Positions 20,101 through 29,314 of a stretch of 64,000 bases of DNA are shown piece by piece; the first letter of the stretch is position 1; every line of letters starts with the position of its first letter. The position numbers and the translations under genes were made by a program. The notes under the pieces are model-generated. The model was not told the DNA's origin, made no database searches, and saw only the letters and a program-made list of their open reading frames with translations. This DNA is from Armatimonadota bacterium (GTDB taxonomy: Bacteria; Armatimonadota; SYMT01), in assembly GCA_046292385.1 (NCBI GenBank), contig JBKBRF010000009.1, positions 93,840 through 157,839 on the forward strand, read 5' to 3'.

Positions 20101-21589
20101 CGTCGGTGGAAGCAAGTCGGGCGTCGACTTCACCGCCAGGGCGGACGTCGCGGAGCCGCAGACCGGCTTCCTCCGGGGCGTCAACCTGAACGGACCGGCG
20201 GTCACCATCGAGGGTAATCGCTGGCTCTCCTTCGCCGACGCGAAGGTGCAGGGCCTCTCCGTCTCCGGCGCCGGCACCTGGAGCGGCAGCTACAGCTTTC
20301 CGCTCTCCCCCAGCGCCGACGCCGACACGAAGACGATGCTCCAGAGCTGCGTCTACAGCGGGAGCAAGTTCAACGTCCGCCAGGCGATCACCAACGGCGA
20401 GTACGACGTCTACCTCTGGACCATCGAGAACTACCAGAGTAATTACCGCAGCCTCGACGTCCGGGTGGAAGGCGCCCTCGTCGCCAGCGGCCTCGGCAAC
20501 CTCCCGCTCGGGAGCTGGCGGAAGTACGGCCCGTACCGGGCCAGCGTCAAAGACGGGGCGCTTGACCTCGAAGTCGCCCGCACCCGCGGCGACGCCGTGC
20601 TGATGGGCTTCGCCCTCTTCGGCAGCGGCAGCACCCCCACCCCGACCACCTACTCGCTCTCCGGCAGGGTGACGCTCGGCACCGGCGGACTGGCTGGCGC
20701 CACGGTGAAGGCAGGCACCCTCACCACCACCACCGGCACCGATGGCACCTATCGGTTCAGCGGGCTGGCGGCCGGGAGCTACACGGTCAGCGCCAGTAAG
20801 GCCGGCTATACCGTCTCCCCGACGAGCCAGGCGGTCACGCTCGGTCCGGATAAGAGCGGGGTCAACTTCGCGGCGACGGCCGTGCCGAGCTCCAGCGGCT
20901 ACTTCCGGGGGATCAACCTGGGCGGTCCGGCGGTCACGATCGGGGGCCAGCGGTGGCTCTCGCACTCGGAGGCGCTGGGGCAGGGCCTCTCCGTCAGCGG
21001 CGCCGGCACCTGGAGCGGGAGCTACACGTTCCCGCTCTCGCCGAGCGCGGACGCCGACACCCGGACGATGCTGCAGAGCTGCCTCTACAGCGAGAGCAAG
21101 TTCAACCTGCGGCAGACTCTGCCGAGCGGCCAGTACGACGTCTACCTGTGGACGATCGAGAACTGGCGGAGCAGCTACCGGAGCCTCTCGGTTCGAGCCG
21201 AGGGGGCGACGGTGGCGAGCGGGATCGGCACCCTGCCGCTGGGGAGCTGGCGGAAGTACGGGCCGTATCGCGTGACGGTGCAGGACGGCGCGCTCGACCT
21301 GGAGGTCGCCCGCGCCCACGGTGACGCCGTCCTCTTCGGCCTCTCCATCCAGGGCGCGAGCACCCAGGCTGGCGCCGCCACTTTCCGGATGGCCGGCGGC
21401 GAAAGCCCGTCGCCCGTCCATCCGGGCTTCCCCATGAGAGACGATCCCGCCCGCATCGCAGCGACGATGCGGAGCAGGGCCGCCCATGCGCCGCTCTCGG
21501 GCTCACCCGTCGAGCGGCGGCGGCAGCGGACCACGACCCGCACGGCCGCGGCAGAACCCCCGGCCGCCTGTAGGAGGCGGCAGGGTTAA
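17147..21589 (+). CDS. Large secreted modular protein: heparinase II/III-like lyase region, FN3, carboxypeptidase-regulatory-like Ig domains and two malectin-like putative CBMs
   Basis: Signal peptide (FPLLIAALTVSLTSIAGAA). Aromatic-rich N-terminal region with FGNFQLFRG...HNSML. FN3 (DTTPPAVP...YRVSAVDRAGNES). T..DG.Y...GL..G.YTV domains. Repeated RG.NL.GPAVTI domain. Confidence 0.75.
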   Translation: MSQPASRSRTPSARGSASGTGKGGRLQRAVCRFPLLIAALTVSLTSIAGAARNAAPTAPVSSRAASYSTQSLTAASPTGRTPKLLWTPERQAVWNRMVAENHPWWRSLKTWADDYRLRGDSSGDWATLVYQMTGDPKYGRLGWEGMRQYVQSKSLPYYSLNSSMWSFATYAWKYDWLYPVLTAAERQQYVDFLNWLGDQVLTNGSPLLTRIGDSDVEIGHYFGLAFTALATAGENPRAGEFLTRSWTDPRGSGTASVGGLTPTASGNTLRNRIHEYLARYSRGGVFIESSEYNLTTVLQVLFGIDGVRTATGKDYFPEWTELLPQLAMAHLQHHAPDGNHSYQWGDLERSRTFWIQHRVTLTAALAGLTQGQPSVGPYLQQLTDELVAWPGEHGAGAKPNPMFFVYFNPYAAKASWRGAIPRGHYGAGQGLLYFHDGWSPTDSFFGAHMPPSMTTDHSPWAFGNFQLFRGAEWVFTNPLGWGQPYYAIGGEAHNSMLIGGLSSMREARGPVAQEFGAQGDYAYLAGSTGGQFFWEGFYQPPAQFLHEWTRSIVYLPSLDHSSDTVVVYDRTDAENPRSLPGFDRYLYEYRKLVDEAPALKQWIIHAPVAPTLTSDAISWSTPKGQSVRVNTLLPAAQKRTVLDEKQLWSTVPELPVHLSERKWQVRISPSAAQQWDTFLNVAQVSNAGTTLRNTLVRADDGGAEGVLVQRSGHPDVLTLFSARQGAKPPVTPLNGAYSAHNPGLLGIVGAKRLLQAGYTVRWTAGGTTQVLLVDLAPSRAWTASIDGAAPVKVAVSTQGVARVLVSGAGSHTLVLAADGSAPADTTPPAVPQGLKVTASDARADLSWTANTESDLAGYHVYRSLSQTGTYTRQTSAALASPAYSQTGLTNGTTYWYRVSAVDRAGNESGQSAPQSGTPQALSYSIAGKVIDGTAGLGGVTVKAGTRTVTTAGDGSYSLAGLPAGTYTVTPSRSGYSFSPTSQSVTVGGSKSGVDFTARADVAEPQTGFLRGVNLNGPAVTIEGNRWLSFADAKVQGLSVSGAGTWSGSYSFPLSPSADADTKTMLQSCVYSGSKFNVRQAITNGEYDVYLWTIENYQSNYRSLDVRVEGALVASGLGNLPLGSWRKYGPYRASVKDGALDLEVARTRGDAVLMGFALFGSGSTPTPTTYSLSGRVTLGTGGLAGATVKAGTLTTTTGTDGTYRFSGLAAGSYTVSASKAGYTVSPTSQAVTLGPDKSGVNFAATAVPSSSGYFRGINLGGPAVTIGGQRWLSHSEALGQGLSVSGAGTWSGSYTFPLSPSADADTRTMLQSCLYSESKFNLRQTLPSGQYDVYLWTIENWRSSYRSLSVRAEGATVASGIGTLPLGSWRKYGPYRVTVQDGALDLEVARAHGDAVLFGLSIQGASTQAGAATFRMAGGESPSPVHPGFPMRDDPARIAATMRSRAAHAPLSGSPVERRRQRTTTRTAAAEPPAACRRRQG
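20164..20710 (+). repeat. Repeat A copy 1 (about 547 bp), near-identical to 23266-23812
   Basis: Direct comparison gives a constant offset of 3102 with only scattered mismatches. Confidence 0.9.
20761..21357 (+). repeat. Repeat B copy 1 (about 597 bp), near-identical to 24109-24705
   Basis: Direct comparison gives a constant offset of 3348. Confidence 0.9.
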
Positions 21590-21601
21590 TCCCGAGCGCC
21601 C

Positions 21602-21633
21602 CGGAGGCTTTCCGCTGTCGCGGAAAGCCTCCG
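21602..21633 (+). terminator. Perfect 14-bp stem-loop after the large secreted gene (terminator or mRNA-processing hairpin)
   Basis: CGGAGGCTTTCCGC-TGTC-GCGGAAAGCCTCCG with no U-tract. Confidence 0.5.
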
Positions 21634-21703
21634 CCACCCCACCCCCCCATCACCCTCGGAAGTCGTCCCGGCTCGCCGCGGGTGTAGAGGAAACGGGAAC
21701 AAC

Positions 21704-24700
21704 ATGCATCCCTCTCGAATGAACTTCCGTTACCGATCGCTGCCCCGAGTGTTGACGCTCTGCCTCGTCGCGGCGCTGGCGGCACTGGGCGGAGCGCGCC
21801 CGGGTGACGCAGCGGGAAACACCTACTACGTCGCTCCAGGCGGGAACGACGGCTGGAACGGCTCGCAGTCCGCTCCGTTCCGGCAGATCCGGCGCGCGCT
21901 GCAGGTGGTGCGCGCGGGCGACACCGTGCTGGTAGCCGACGGCAGCTATCTCGGCTTCGACGCCAGCCTGACGGGCACCGCGAGCGCGCCGATCACGATC
22001 CGGGCGGTCGGCTCGAACGCGGTGGTGACGCCAACCACCGACCGGGGCGACGACCGGGACAACATCCACGTGATGAGCTCCGCGTACGTCGTGCTGGACG
22101 GCCTGCGATCGTTCAACGGTCCGCGATCGGCTGTCCGCATCAATACCAGCCATCACGTGACCGTGCGCAACGGCGTCTACGGCGACAACGGCACGTGGGG
22201 GATCTTCACCAACCACTCCGACGATCTCCTGATCGAGCGGAACACCTGCTACGGCAGCAAGATCGAGCACGGAATCTACGCTTCTAACAGCGGCGACCGC
22301 CCGATCATCCGCCGCAACGTGGTCTACAACAACGCCGCGAACGGCATCCACGTGAACGGAGACCGCTACGCCGGCGGCGACGGCCTGATCACCGGCGCGC
22401 TGATCGAGTACAACGTCGTCTACAACAACGGGGTGAAGGGCGGCTCCGGCATCAACATGGACGGGGTCCAGTACTCCACGGTCCGGAACAACCTGCTCTT
22501 CAATAACCACGCGACCGGCATCGCCTGCTACCAGGGTGGCGGCGCCGCCGGCCCGCGCGGGATGCAGATCCTGCACAACACGATCGACATGGCGTCGGAC
22601 GCGCGCTGGGCGCTGCAGTTCCTCGCCACTACCGGCCCGAACGTGGTCCGCAATAACGTACTCTACAACCGGAACACGGCCAAGGGCGGACTCGAATTCG
22701 GCAACTACACCGACGTCCAGAATGTCGACACCGACTACAACGTCCTCGACAGGGTGACGACCGACTACGGCAGCTCCGTGATGACGCTGGCGCAGTGGCA
22801 GGGCCACGGAAAGGACCGGAGCTCCTTCTCCGCCGCGCCGAGCTCGCTATTCGTCAACCCGGCAGCGGGCGACTACCACCTGCTCTCCTCTGCCCCCGTG
22901 GTGAACCGCGGCCAGACGCTCACTAGCGTTCAGGACGACCTGGACGGCAAGGTGCGCCCGCAGGGCACCTCCTCGGACATCGGCTGCTATGAGCTGGCGG
23001 GCAGCACCCCGTCCACCTACACCCTCTCCGGAAAAGTAACCCTCGGGAGCAGCGGCCTGGCCGGCGTGACGCTGACTTCCGGCTCTCGCACCGTTACCAC
23101 CGGCAGCGACGGCAGCTACGCGTTCACCGGTCTGCCGACGGCGAGCTACACCGTCACGCCTTCGAAGAGCGGCTACACCTTCTCCCCCACCAGCCAGACG
23201 GTGACGCTCGGCTCCAACCAGACCGCGGTGAACTTCACCGCGAGCACCACCATGTCGCCGCAGAGCGGCTTCCTCCGGGGCGTCAACCTGTACGGACCGG
23301 CGGTCACCATCGAGGGTAATCGCTGGCTCTCCTTCGCCGACGCGAAGGTGCAGGGCCTCTCCGTCTCCGGCGCCGGCACCTGGAGCGGCAGCTACAGCTT
23401 CCCGCTCTCCCCCAGCGCCGACGCCGACACGAAGACGATGCTCCAGAGCTGCGTCTACAGCGGGAGCAGGTTCAACGTCCGCCAGGTGCTGGCCAACGGC
23501 GAGTACGACGTCTACCTCTGGACCATCGAGAACTACCAGAGTAATTACCGCAGCCTCGACATCCGGGTGGAAGGCGCCCTCGTCGCCAGCGGCCTGGGCA
23601 ACCTGCCGCTGGGGAGCTGGCGGAAGTACGGCCCGTACCGCGCCAGCGTCAAAGACGGGGCGCTCGACCTCGAAGTGTCCCGCACCCGCGGCGACGCCGT
23701 GCTGATGGGCTTCGCGCTCTTCGGCAGCGGCAGCACCCCCACCCCGACCACCTACTCGCTCTCCGGCCGGGTGACCCTCGGCACCGGCGGACTGGCGGGC
23801 GCCACCGTGAAGACGAGTAGCCTCACCGTCATCAGCGGCACCGACGGAAGCTACACCTTCAGCGGGCTAGCGGCGGGCACCTACACGGTCAGCGCCAGCA
23901 AGAGCGGCTACACCGTCTCCCCGGCGAGCCGCAGCGTCACGGTGGGACCGAGCCAGACGGGCGTCGACTTCGCCGCTACGGCGATCGCGCCGGCCACCTA
24001 CCGCCTGGCCGGAAAGGTAACGCTCGACACGGCGGGGCTTTCCGGCGTGCTGGTGCAGGCGGGGACGCAGAGCGTCTCCACCGGCGCCGACGGGAGCTAC
24101 GCCTTCTCCGGGCTGGCGGCCGGGAGCTACACGGTAAAGGCGAGCAAGAGCGGGTACACCTTCTCGCCCGCGAGCCAGGCGGTCACGCTCGGTCCGGATA
24201 AGAGCGGGGTCAACTTCGCGGCGACGGCGGTGCCGAGCTCCAGCGGCTACTTCCGCGGGATCAACCTGGGCGGCCCGGCGGTGACGATCGGGGGCCAGCG
24301 CTGGCTCTCTCACTCGGAAGCGCTGGGGCAGGGTCTCTCCGTCAGCGGGGCCGGCACCTGGAGCGGGAGCTACACGTTCCCGCTCTCCCCGAGCGCGGAC
24401 ACCGACACCCGGACGATGCTGCAGAGCTGCCTCTACAGCGAGAGCAAGTTCAACCTGCGGCAGGCGCTGCCGAGCGGCCAGTACGACGTCTACCTGTGGA
24501 CGATCGAGAACTGGCGGAGCAGCTACCGGAGCCTGTCGGTACGAGCCGAGGGAGCGACGGTAGCGAGCGGGATCGGCACCCTGCCGCTGGGGAGCTGGCG
24601 GAAGTACGGGCCGTACCGCGTGACGGTGCAGGACGGCTCGCTCGACCTGGAGGTCGCCCGCGCGTACGGGGACGCCGTCCTCTTCGGCCTCTCCATCCAG

Positions 24701-24715
24701 GGCGCCGGACAGTAG
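21704..24715 (+). CDS. Secreted right-handed beta-helix (pectin-lyase-like) protein with choice-of-anchor-Q-like segment, Ig-like domains and two malectin-like putative CBMs
   Basis: Signal peptide, then YYVAPGGND...GS...PF..I and Asn/Gly-rich PbH1 repeats (HGIYASNSGD, NGIHVNGD). GDYHL...DLDG..RP....DIGCYE segment. Start is 21704 or 21719. Confidence 0.85.
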   Translation: MHPSRMNFRYRSLPRVLTLCLVAALAALGGARPGDAAGNTYYVAPGGNDGWNGSQSAPFRQIRRALQVVRAGDTVLVADGSYLGFDASLTGTASAPITIRAVGSNAVVTPTTDRGDDRDNIHVMSSAYVVLDGLRSFNGPRSAVRINTSHHVTVRNGVYGDNGTWGIFTNHSDDLLIERNTCYGSKIEHGIYASNSGDRPIIRRNVVYNNAANGIHVNGDRYAGGDGLITGALIEYNVVYNNGVKGGSGINMDGVQYSTVRNNLLFNNHATGIACYQGGGAAGPRGMQILHNTIDMASDARWALQFLATTGPNVVRNNVLYNRNTAKGGLEFGNYTDVQNVDTDYNVLDRVTTDYGSSVMTLAQWQGHGKDRSSFSAAPSSLFVNPAAGDYHLLSSAPVVNRGQTLTSVQDDLDGKVRPQGTSSDIGCYELAGSTPSTYTLSGKVTLGSSGLAGVTLTSGSRTVTTGSDGSYAFTGLPTASYTVTPSKSGYTFSPTSQTVTLGSNQTAVNFTASTTMSPQSGFLRGVNLYGPAVTIEGNRWLSFADAKVQGLSVSGAGTWSGSYSFPLSPSADADTKTMLQSCVYSGSRFNVRQVLANGEYDVYLWTIENYQSNYRSLDIRVEGALVASGLGNLPLGSWRKYGPYRASVKDGALDLEVSRTRGDAVLMGFALFGSGSTPTPTTYSLSGRVTLGTGGLAGATVKTSSLTVISGTDGSYTFSGLAAGTYTVSASKSGYTVSPASRSVTVGPSQTGVDFAATAIAPATYRLAGKVTLDTAGLSGVLVQAGTQSVSTGADGSYAFSGLAAGSYTVKASKSGYTFSPASQAVTLGPDKSGVNFAATAVPSSSGYFRGINLGGPAVTIGGQRWLSHSEALGQGLSVSGAGTWSGSYTFPLSPSADTDTRTMLQSCLYSESKFNLRQALPSGQYDVYLWTIENWRSSYRSLSVRAEGATVASGIGTLPLGSWRKYGPYRVTVQDGSLDLEVARAYGDAVLFGLSIQGAGQ
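23266..23812 (+). repeat. Repeat A copy 2
   Basis: Matches 20164-20710. Confidence 0.9.
24109..24705 (+). repeat. Repeat B copy 2
   Basis: Matches 20761-21357. Confidence 0.9.
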
Positions 24716-24723
24716 GGAGTTAA

Positions 24724-24803
24724 CAGGTTGGCAGGTTGCAGGTTGCAGGTTACGAACCCCGCCTCACGAGGCGCCAACCTGTAACCTGCAACCTGCCAAC
24801 CTG
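24724..24803. repeat. Inverted repeat built from tandem CAGGTTG/CAACCTG heptamers between convergent genes
   Basis: 28-bp arms at 24724-24751 and 24776-24803 with one mismatch; inner hairpin CGCCTC-AC-GAGGCG. Confidence 0.85.
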
Positions 24804-24845
24804 AAACAAAGACCTTCCGCGGTTCCCCCGCCCGCGGGGGTCGCC

Positions 24846-25949
24846 TCACCGGTGCGGCAGCGACAGGGAGAGAAGAGTCCGCGCCACCCGCTTCCCCGCC
24901 TGACCGTCCCAGTACTCGGGCACCGGACCGGCTCCGATCGAGAGCTCGTCCCGCAGCACTTCGTCCAGCGCCTGCTCCACCGCCTCGGCCCGGGTGCCGA
25001 TGAGCCGGTTGGTGCCGTGGGTGATCGTCACCGGACGCTCCGTGTTCTCCCGGAAGGTGATGCACGGGACGCCGAGGACCGTCGTCTCCTCCTGGATGCC
25101 GCCGCTGTCGGTGAAGACGACCCGCGCCTGCTCCGTCAGCGCGAGGAACTCCAGGTAGCCGAGCGGATCGAGCGTCTGGACGCGGTCTCCCAGCGCGGAG
25201 AGCAGGCCGAACGTCTCCAGCCGCGCGCGAGTGCGCGGATGGATCGGCCACACCACGGGCAGGCGCCGCGCCAGGGAAGAGACCGCGGCGACGCAGTTCT
25301 CCGCCGCCGAGCGGCTATCGACGTTGCTCGGCCGGTGCAGCGTGCAGACCGCATACTCCCGCGGCCGCACCTCCAGGCGCCGCAGGATGCCGCACTGCCG
25401 GGCTCGCTCGCGGTGGCGGAGCAGCGTGTCGATCATCACGTTCCCAACGAAGTGGATGCGTTCGGCCGGGATGCCCTCGGCGCGCAGGTTCTCCTCCGCC
25501 GCCCGCTCCGTGGTGAAGAGCAGGTCGGAGATCTGGTCGGTCAGCACCCGGTTGATCTCCTCCGGCATGGTGCGGTCACCGCTGCGCAGCCCCGCCTCCA
25601 CGTGCGCCACCGGGATGCAGCGCTTGGAGGCCGCCAGGGCACAGGCGAGGGTGGAATTGACGTCGCCCACTACCAGCACCACGTCGGGCGGGCAGCACTC
25701 CAGCACCTCATCGAACGCCATCAGCACCCGCGCCGTCTGCTCCGCCTGGCTGCCGGAGCCGACGCCCAGGTAGATGTCGGGCGCGGGGAGGCCCAGCTCC
25801 CGGAAGAAGAGCGTCGACATCCGCTCGTCGTAGTGCTGCCCGGTGTGCACCAGGGAGCAGCTCAGCTCCGGATGCGCCTCCGCAGCGGCCAGGATCGCCG
25901 CCATCTTCATGAAGTTCGGCCGGGCGCCGACTACGCAGGTTACGTTCAT
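24846..25949 (-). CDS. wecB: UDP-N-acetylglucosamine 2-epimerase (non-hydrolysing)
   Basis: VGARPNFMK, HTGQHYD, HVEAGLRS, PEEINR, TLHRPSNVD, TDSGGIQEE and RENTERP motifs. Confidence 0.95.
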   Translation of the reverse strand: MNVTCVVGARPNFMKMAAILAAAEAHPELSCSLVHTGQHYDERMSTLFFRELGLPAPDIYLGVGSGSQAEQTARVLMAFDEVLECCPPDVVLVVGDVNSTLACALAASKRCIPVAHVEAGLRSGDRTMPEEINRVLTDQISDLLFTTERAAEENLRAEGIPAERIHFVGNVMIDTLLRHRERARQCGILRRLEVRPREYAVCTLHRPSNVDSRSAAENCVAAVSSLARRLPVVWPIHPRTRARLETFGLLSALGDRVQTLDPLGYLEFLALTEQARVVFTDSGGIQEETTVLGVPCITFRENTERPVTITHGTNRLIGTRAEAVEQALDEVLRDELSIGAGPVPEYWDGQAGKRVARTLLSLSLPHR

Positions 25950-25952
25950 GCC

Positions 25953-28055
25953 TCAGTCCTCCTGCAGCGCGAGGGGCGCCGGACGCGGAACGGCGGGCGG
26001 CTCCGGAGCGGGCACGCGGCTCCGGCTGCGCAGGCGCTCGATGCCCGCGCTCACGCCGGTGCGCGGCTCCCAGCCGAGCAGGTCACGGGCCCGGGAGCTC
26101 TCGAAGCCGCGCTGCGCCATCGCGGAGCGCAGCCGGTAGGCGGAGAGCGGGGAGCGCCGCTTCAGCGCGCCGGCGAGCGGCTCCGTCAGCTTGCCGACCG
26201 CCAGCACGAGCGGCCGCGGCAGCCGGACCACCCGCGCCCCGGGCTCCAGCACCGCCTCCAGCACGCGGTTCTGGGTCCAGCGCTCCGGATCGACGAGCTG
26301 GATCACCTCGCCCCGGCGAAGATCGCTGCGGAGGGCCAGCAGTACCGCGTCGACCACGTCGTCGAGATGTACGAGCGGGAGCACCTGCCGGCCGTCCCCC
26401 ATCACCAGCCAGGCCGGCCCCGCGCGGCGGGCGACCGCGGGCGTGAGGAGCGGGATCCGGCCGCCGAAGATCTGGCCGGGGCGCAGGATCACCGAAGGCA
26501 GGCCGTGCACGCCGGTGTACTGCATCACCAGCCGCTCCGCCTCCAGCTTCGACTGCGTGTAGGCGCCGCGCTCTTCCGGCCGCGGCTCGAACGGCGAGTC
26601 TTCGGTAATCGGCTCCGCGGCGGTACCGCCGGCCCAATCGACCACCGAGAGGGAGCTGATGTGGACCAGCTTCTCCACGCCGTGCTTCCGGCAGGCGTCG
26701 AGCACGTTGCGGGTGCCGGTCACCGTAGCGCACTGGTGCTCCACCGCGCCGCCCTTCATCGCGGCGCCGCAGTGGATTACCCGGTCGACTCCCTCCGCCG
26801 CCCGGTGCACCGCGTCGGGATCGCCGAGGTCGCCGAGCACCACCTCCATCCCCGCCGGCACGCTCTCCGGCAGGCGGCGCATGAAGGCGCGGACGGGGAC
26901 ACCCACGCTTCGCAGCCGCTCCACGATCGCCCCGCCCAGCGCGCCGGAGGCGCCGGTCACCAGCACCGGCCGCTCCTGCAGCCGCGGCAGGCTCGCTACC
27001 CGGCGGGCGTAGTCGGCGTCCGCCGCCCGAGCGACCCGCTCGGTCCAGTCGACCACCGGAACCGCCTCGGCGATCGAGACCGGGACCGGCCCGCCCGTCT
27101 CGATCGACCGGTAGAACTCGGCGACGAGATCCTGCAGCCCGTGGTAGGGCCGCACGCGTCCGGTGGCGAAGCCGGCGACGCCGCGGAGGACGTCGGTGGT
27201 CGAGCGCACGCCCTCCCCTACCCCGTTCACGACCCGCTGGATCGGCGAGGGCAGCGGCAGCGCCGCGCGGAGCGCCTGCTGCAGCAGGAAGAGGTCGACC
27301 CGCAGCACGCCTCGCGCCCCCTGGATGATGAGCTGGCTCTGGACCGGCTTGACGTTCCATGAGAGCTGGAACTGGCCCAGTCCGTCGCGGCAGCGGACCA
27401 GCGCCCGCCACTCGTCGAACGCCAGGTTCGGGTCGCCCCCCAGGCTCTCCCACTGCGCCTCCACGTCCTGGATCGGCCCCAGGAACGCCTGGAAGAGGTA
27501 GAGCGCGTGCACGCCGAGGTCGCGGAACGGGTACCCCGCGGCCCGGTAGTGCGGCGGGAGCTTTCCCCCGGCGAAGGCGGGGTAGGTGGAGCTGCGGAGG
27601 ATATCGACCGAGACGACGCGGCCCAGCTTGCCGGACCGCACCGTCTCCAGCGCCTGGCGCACCTGCGGGTCGAACAGGAGCGAGTGCCCCACCGCCACCT
27701 GCAGTCCGCGCTCTGCCGCCAGCCGCTCCACGCGCCGGCAGTCGTCCACGTCTTCCGCCAGCGGCTTCTCCACCAGCACGTGGCAGCCGAGCTCCAGCGC
27801 CTGGCAGGCGACCTCCGCGTGCACGTTCGGCGGGGTCAGCACGTGGATCACGTCCGCGCCGCGCTCCCGCAGCTCCGCCAGGGAGCCGCACGCCGCGATC
27901 CCGAGCTTCTCCGCCAGGGCCCGGGCGCGAGCGCGGTCGAGGTCGTGCACCCCAACCAGCTCCACTCCCGGCAGCCGCCGCAGGGCGGCCGCGTGATACT
28001 CACTGATGTAGCCGGCGCCCGCTAGGCCAGCGCGTAGCTTCGTTTGCTGCTGCAT
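25953..28055 (-). CDS. Fusion of Gfo/Idh/MocA oxidoreductase and NAD-dependent epimerase/dehydratase
   Basis: N-half has GAGYI, VEKPLA and DLGVH. C-half has VTGASGALG, HISS, YTQSK (YxxxK) and LRPG. ATG at 28055; the longer ORF in the track is a shadow extension. Confidence 0.88.
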   Translation of the reverse strand: MQQQTKLRAGLAGAGYISEYHAAALRRLPGVELVGVHDLDRARARALAEKLGIAACGSLAELRERGADVIHVLTPPNVHAEVACQALELGCHVLVEKPLAEDVDDCRRVERLAAERGLQVAVGHSLLFDPQVRQALETVRSGKLGRVVSVDILRSSTYPAFAGGKLPPHYRAAGYPFRDLGVHALYLFQAFLGPIQDVEAQWESLGGDPNLAFDEWRALVRCRDGLGQFQLSWNVKPVQSQLIIQGARGVLRVDLFLLQQALRAALPLPSPIQRVVNGVGEGVRSTTDVLRGVAGFATGRVRPYHGLQDLVAEFYRSIETGGPVPVSIAEAVPVVDWTERVARAADADYARRVASLPRLQERPVLVTGASGALGGAIVERLRSVGVPVRAFMRRLPESVPAGMEVVLGDLGDPDAVHRAAEGVDRVIHCGAAMKGGAVEHQCATVTGTRNVLDACRKHGVEKLVHISSLSVVDWAGGTAAEPITEDSPFEPRPEERGAYTQSKLEAERLVMQYTGVHGLPSVILRPGQIFGGRIPLLTPAVARRAGPAWLVMGDGRQVLPLVHLDDVVDAVLLALRSDLRRGEVIQLVDPERWTQNRVLEAVLEPGARVVRLPRPLVLAVGKLTEPLAGALKRRSPLSAYRLRSAMAQRGFESSRARDLLGWEPRTGVSAGIERLRSRSRVPAPEPPAVPRPAPLALQED

Positions 28056-29203
28056 TTCGCTGCTTTCACCCGGGAGACGTGTGTCTCCAGATCGGCGACC
28101 TTCTGCTCCCACCGCTCCGCCCGCATCGCCTCGCTCCGGGCGCGGCGGCGCTCGGGGGAGTCGGTGCGGAGCGCCTCCTCCACCGCGCGAATGAACTCCT
28201 CGTGGTCTCCCGCCAGCCGGCAGTGCTCTCCGTAGGGGGCCACCTCCGGAAGCGCCGTGGAGACCACCGAAAGGCCGGCGGAGAGGTATTCGCGCAGCTT
28301 GATCGGGTTCACGTGCACGGTCAGGTCGTTCACGAGGAACGGGATCAGCGCGACGTCGAAGCCCTTGCAGTAGGCGGGGAGCTCGGAGTAGGGCTTGCGG
28401 CCGAGAAAGCGGACGTTCGGGATCCGCTCCAGGGCGGAGGTGTCGACGCACGACTTCCCCACGATCACCACGTTCCAGTCCGGGTGCCGGGCCGCCAGCT
28501 TCGCGAGCAGCTCCTGGTCGACCCACTCCTGGATCAACCCGAAAAACCCGATCACCGGGCCGCGCAGCCCGGCCAGCTCCGGCGCGGGCGGCGTCTCCGG
28601 CAGCAAGGCGCGGGAGAAGTGCTCGTGGTCGACCCCGTGGAGCGCCAGCAGCGTCTCCGCGTTGAACGGCTCCCGGCTCGCCTTCAGTGAGTGCGCGGTG
28701 GCGAAGACGACGTCTGCCTTCCGGCAGATCTCCTCGTCCATCCGGGCCATGCGCTCGCCGTCGAGGTAGCCGAACTTCGACCACTCGTCGATGCAGTAGT
28801 AGACGAGCAGCGACTCCCCCAGCCGGCCGGCGTACTCCACCGCGTTCGGGAGGAAGCTCCAGAGCTGGAACTCCCGCATCGAGAGCTTCCGCCGCAGGGC
28901 GGCCAGCGTGGCGCGAAGGATGACGCGGTTCAGCGCGATGGCGAGGCGGTGGTGCGGAAACGGAAGAACCAGCGGCGTGAAGACCCAGAGGTTCTTCTCC
29001 ACCTCCTTCGGCCCTCGCAGGAACGCGGCGATCTTCGCCCGGATCTTCCGCACGTCCTGGCCGCTCGAGAGGCTCGGCGACCGCATGGAGATCGAGTTCA
29101 GCCACAGCACGCGGTGCCTCCGGGCCAGGAGCCGCATGACGTGGTTGTTGCTGGTCGGGTCTTCGCTCCAGTCCTTGGCGAAGCAGACGATGTTCTCACC
29201 CAT
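28022..29203 (-). CDS. Glycosyltransferase, GT-B fold (GT4/TuaH-like)
   Basis: YYCIDEW, HGVDHEHF, IGFFG and NPIKLREYL.AG motifs. Confidence 0.9.
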   Translation of the reverse strand: MGENIVCFAKDWSEDPTSNNHVMRLLARRHRVLWLNSISMRSPSLSSGQDVRKIRAKIAAFLRGPKEVEKNLWVFTPLVLPFPHHRLAIALNRVILRATLAALRRKLSMREFQLWSFLPNAVEYAGRLGESLLVYYCIDEWSKFGYLDGERMARMDEEICRKADVVFATAHSLKASREPFNAETLLALHGVDHEHFSRALLPETPPAPELAGLRGPVIGFFGLIQEWVDQELLAKLAARHPDWNVVIVGKSCVDTSALERIPNVRFLGRKPYSELPAYCKGFDVALIPFLVNDLTVHVNPIKLREYLSAGLSVVSTALPEVAPYGEHCRLAGDHEEFIRAVEEALRTDSPERRRARSEAMRAERWEQKVADLETHVSRVKAAKCSSKRSYALA

Positions 29204-29314
29204 AAGGCTGCCCGTCCGCGTGGTGCGGGGCCTCTCGAATGGGCTCCGGCAGGCCGACGCGGCTATCACGGGCATCAGGTGCCGGGGGTTCGGGAGCCGT
29301 GCACCGGGACAAGT

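Noticed and set aside
17015..21487. 1490-aa minus-strand ORF
   Set aside because: Antisense shadow of the secreted protein gene; its repeats simply mirror the sense-strand repeats.
20164..24705. Near-identical repeats as a diversity-generating retroelement TR/VR pair
   Set aside because: Both copies are coding and over 500 bp, mismatches do not appear adenine-specific, and no reverse transcriptase is in the window.
24724..24803. CRISPR array or tRNA
   Set aside because: Short tandem heptamers in inverted orientation, with no repeat-spacer periodicity, cloverleaf or cas genes.
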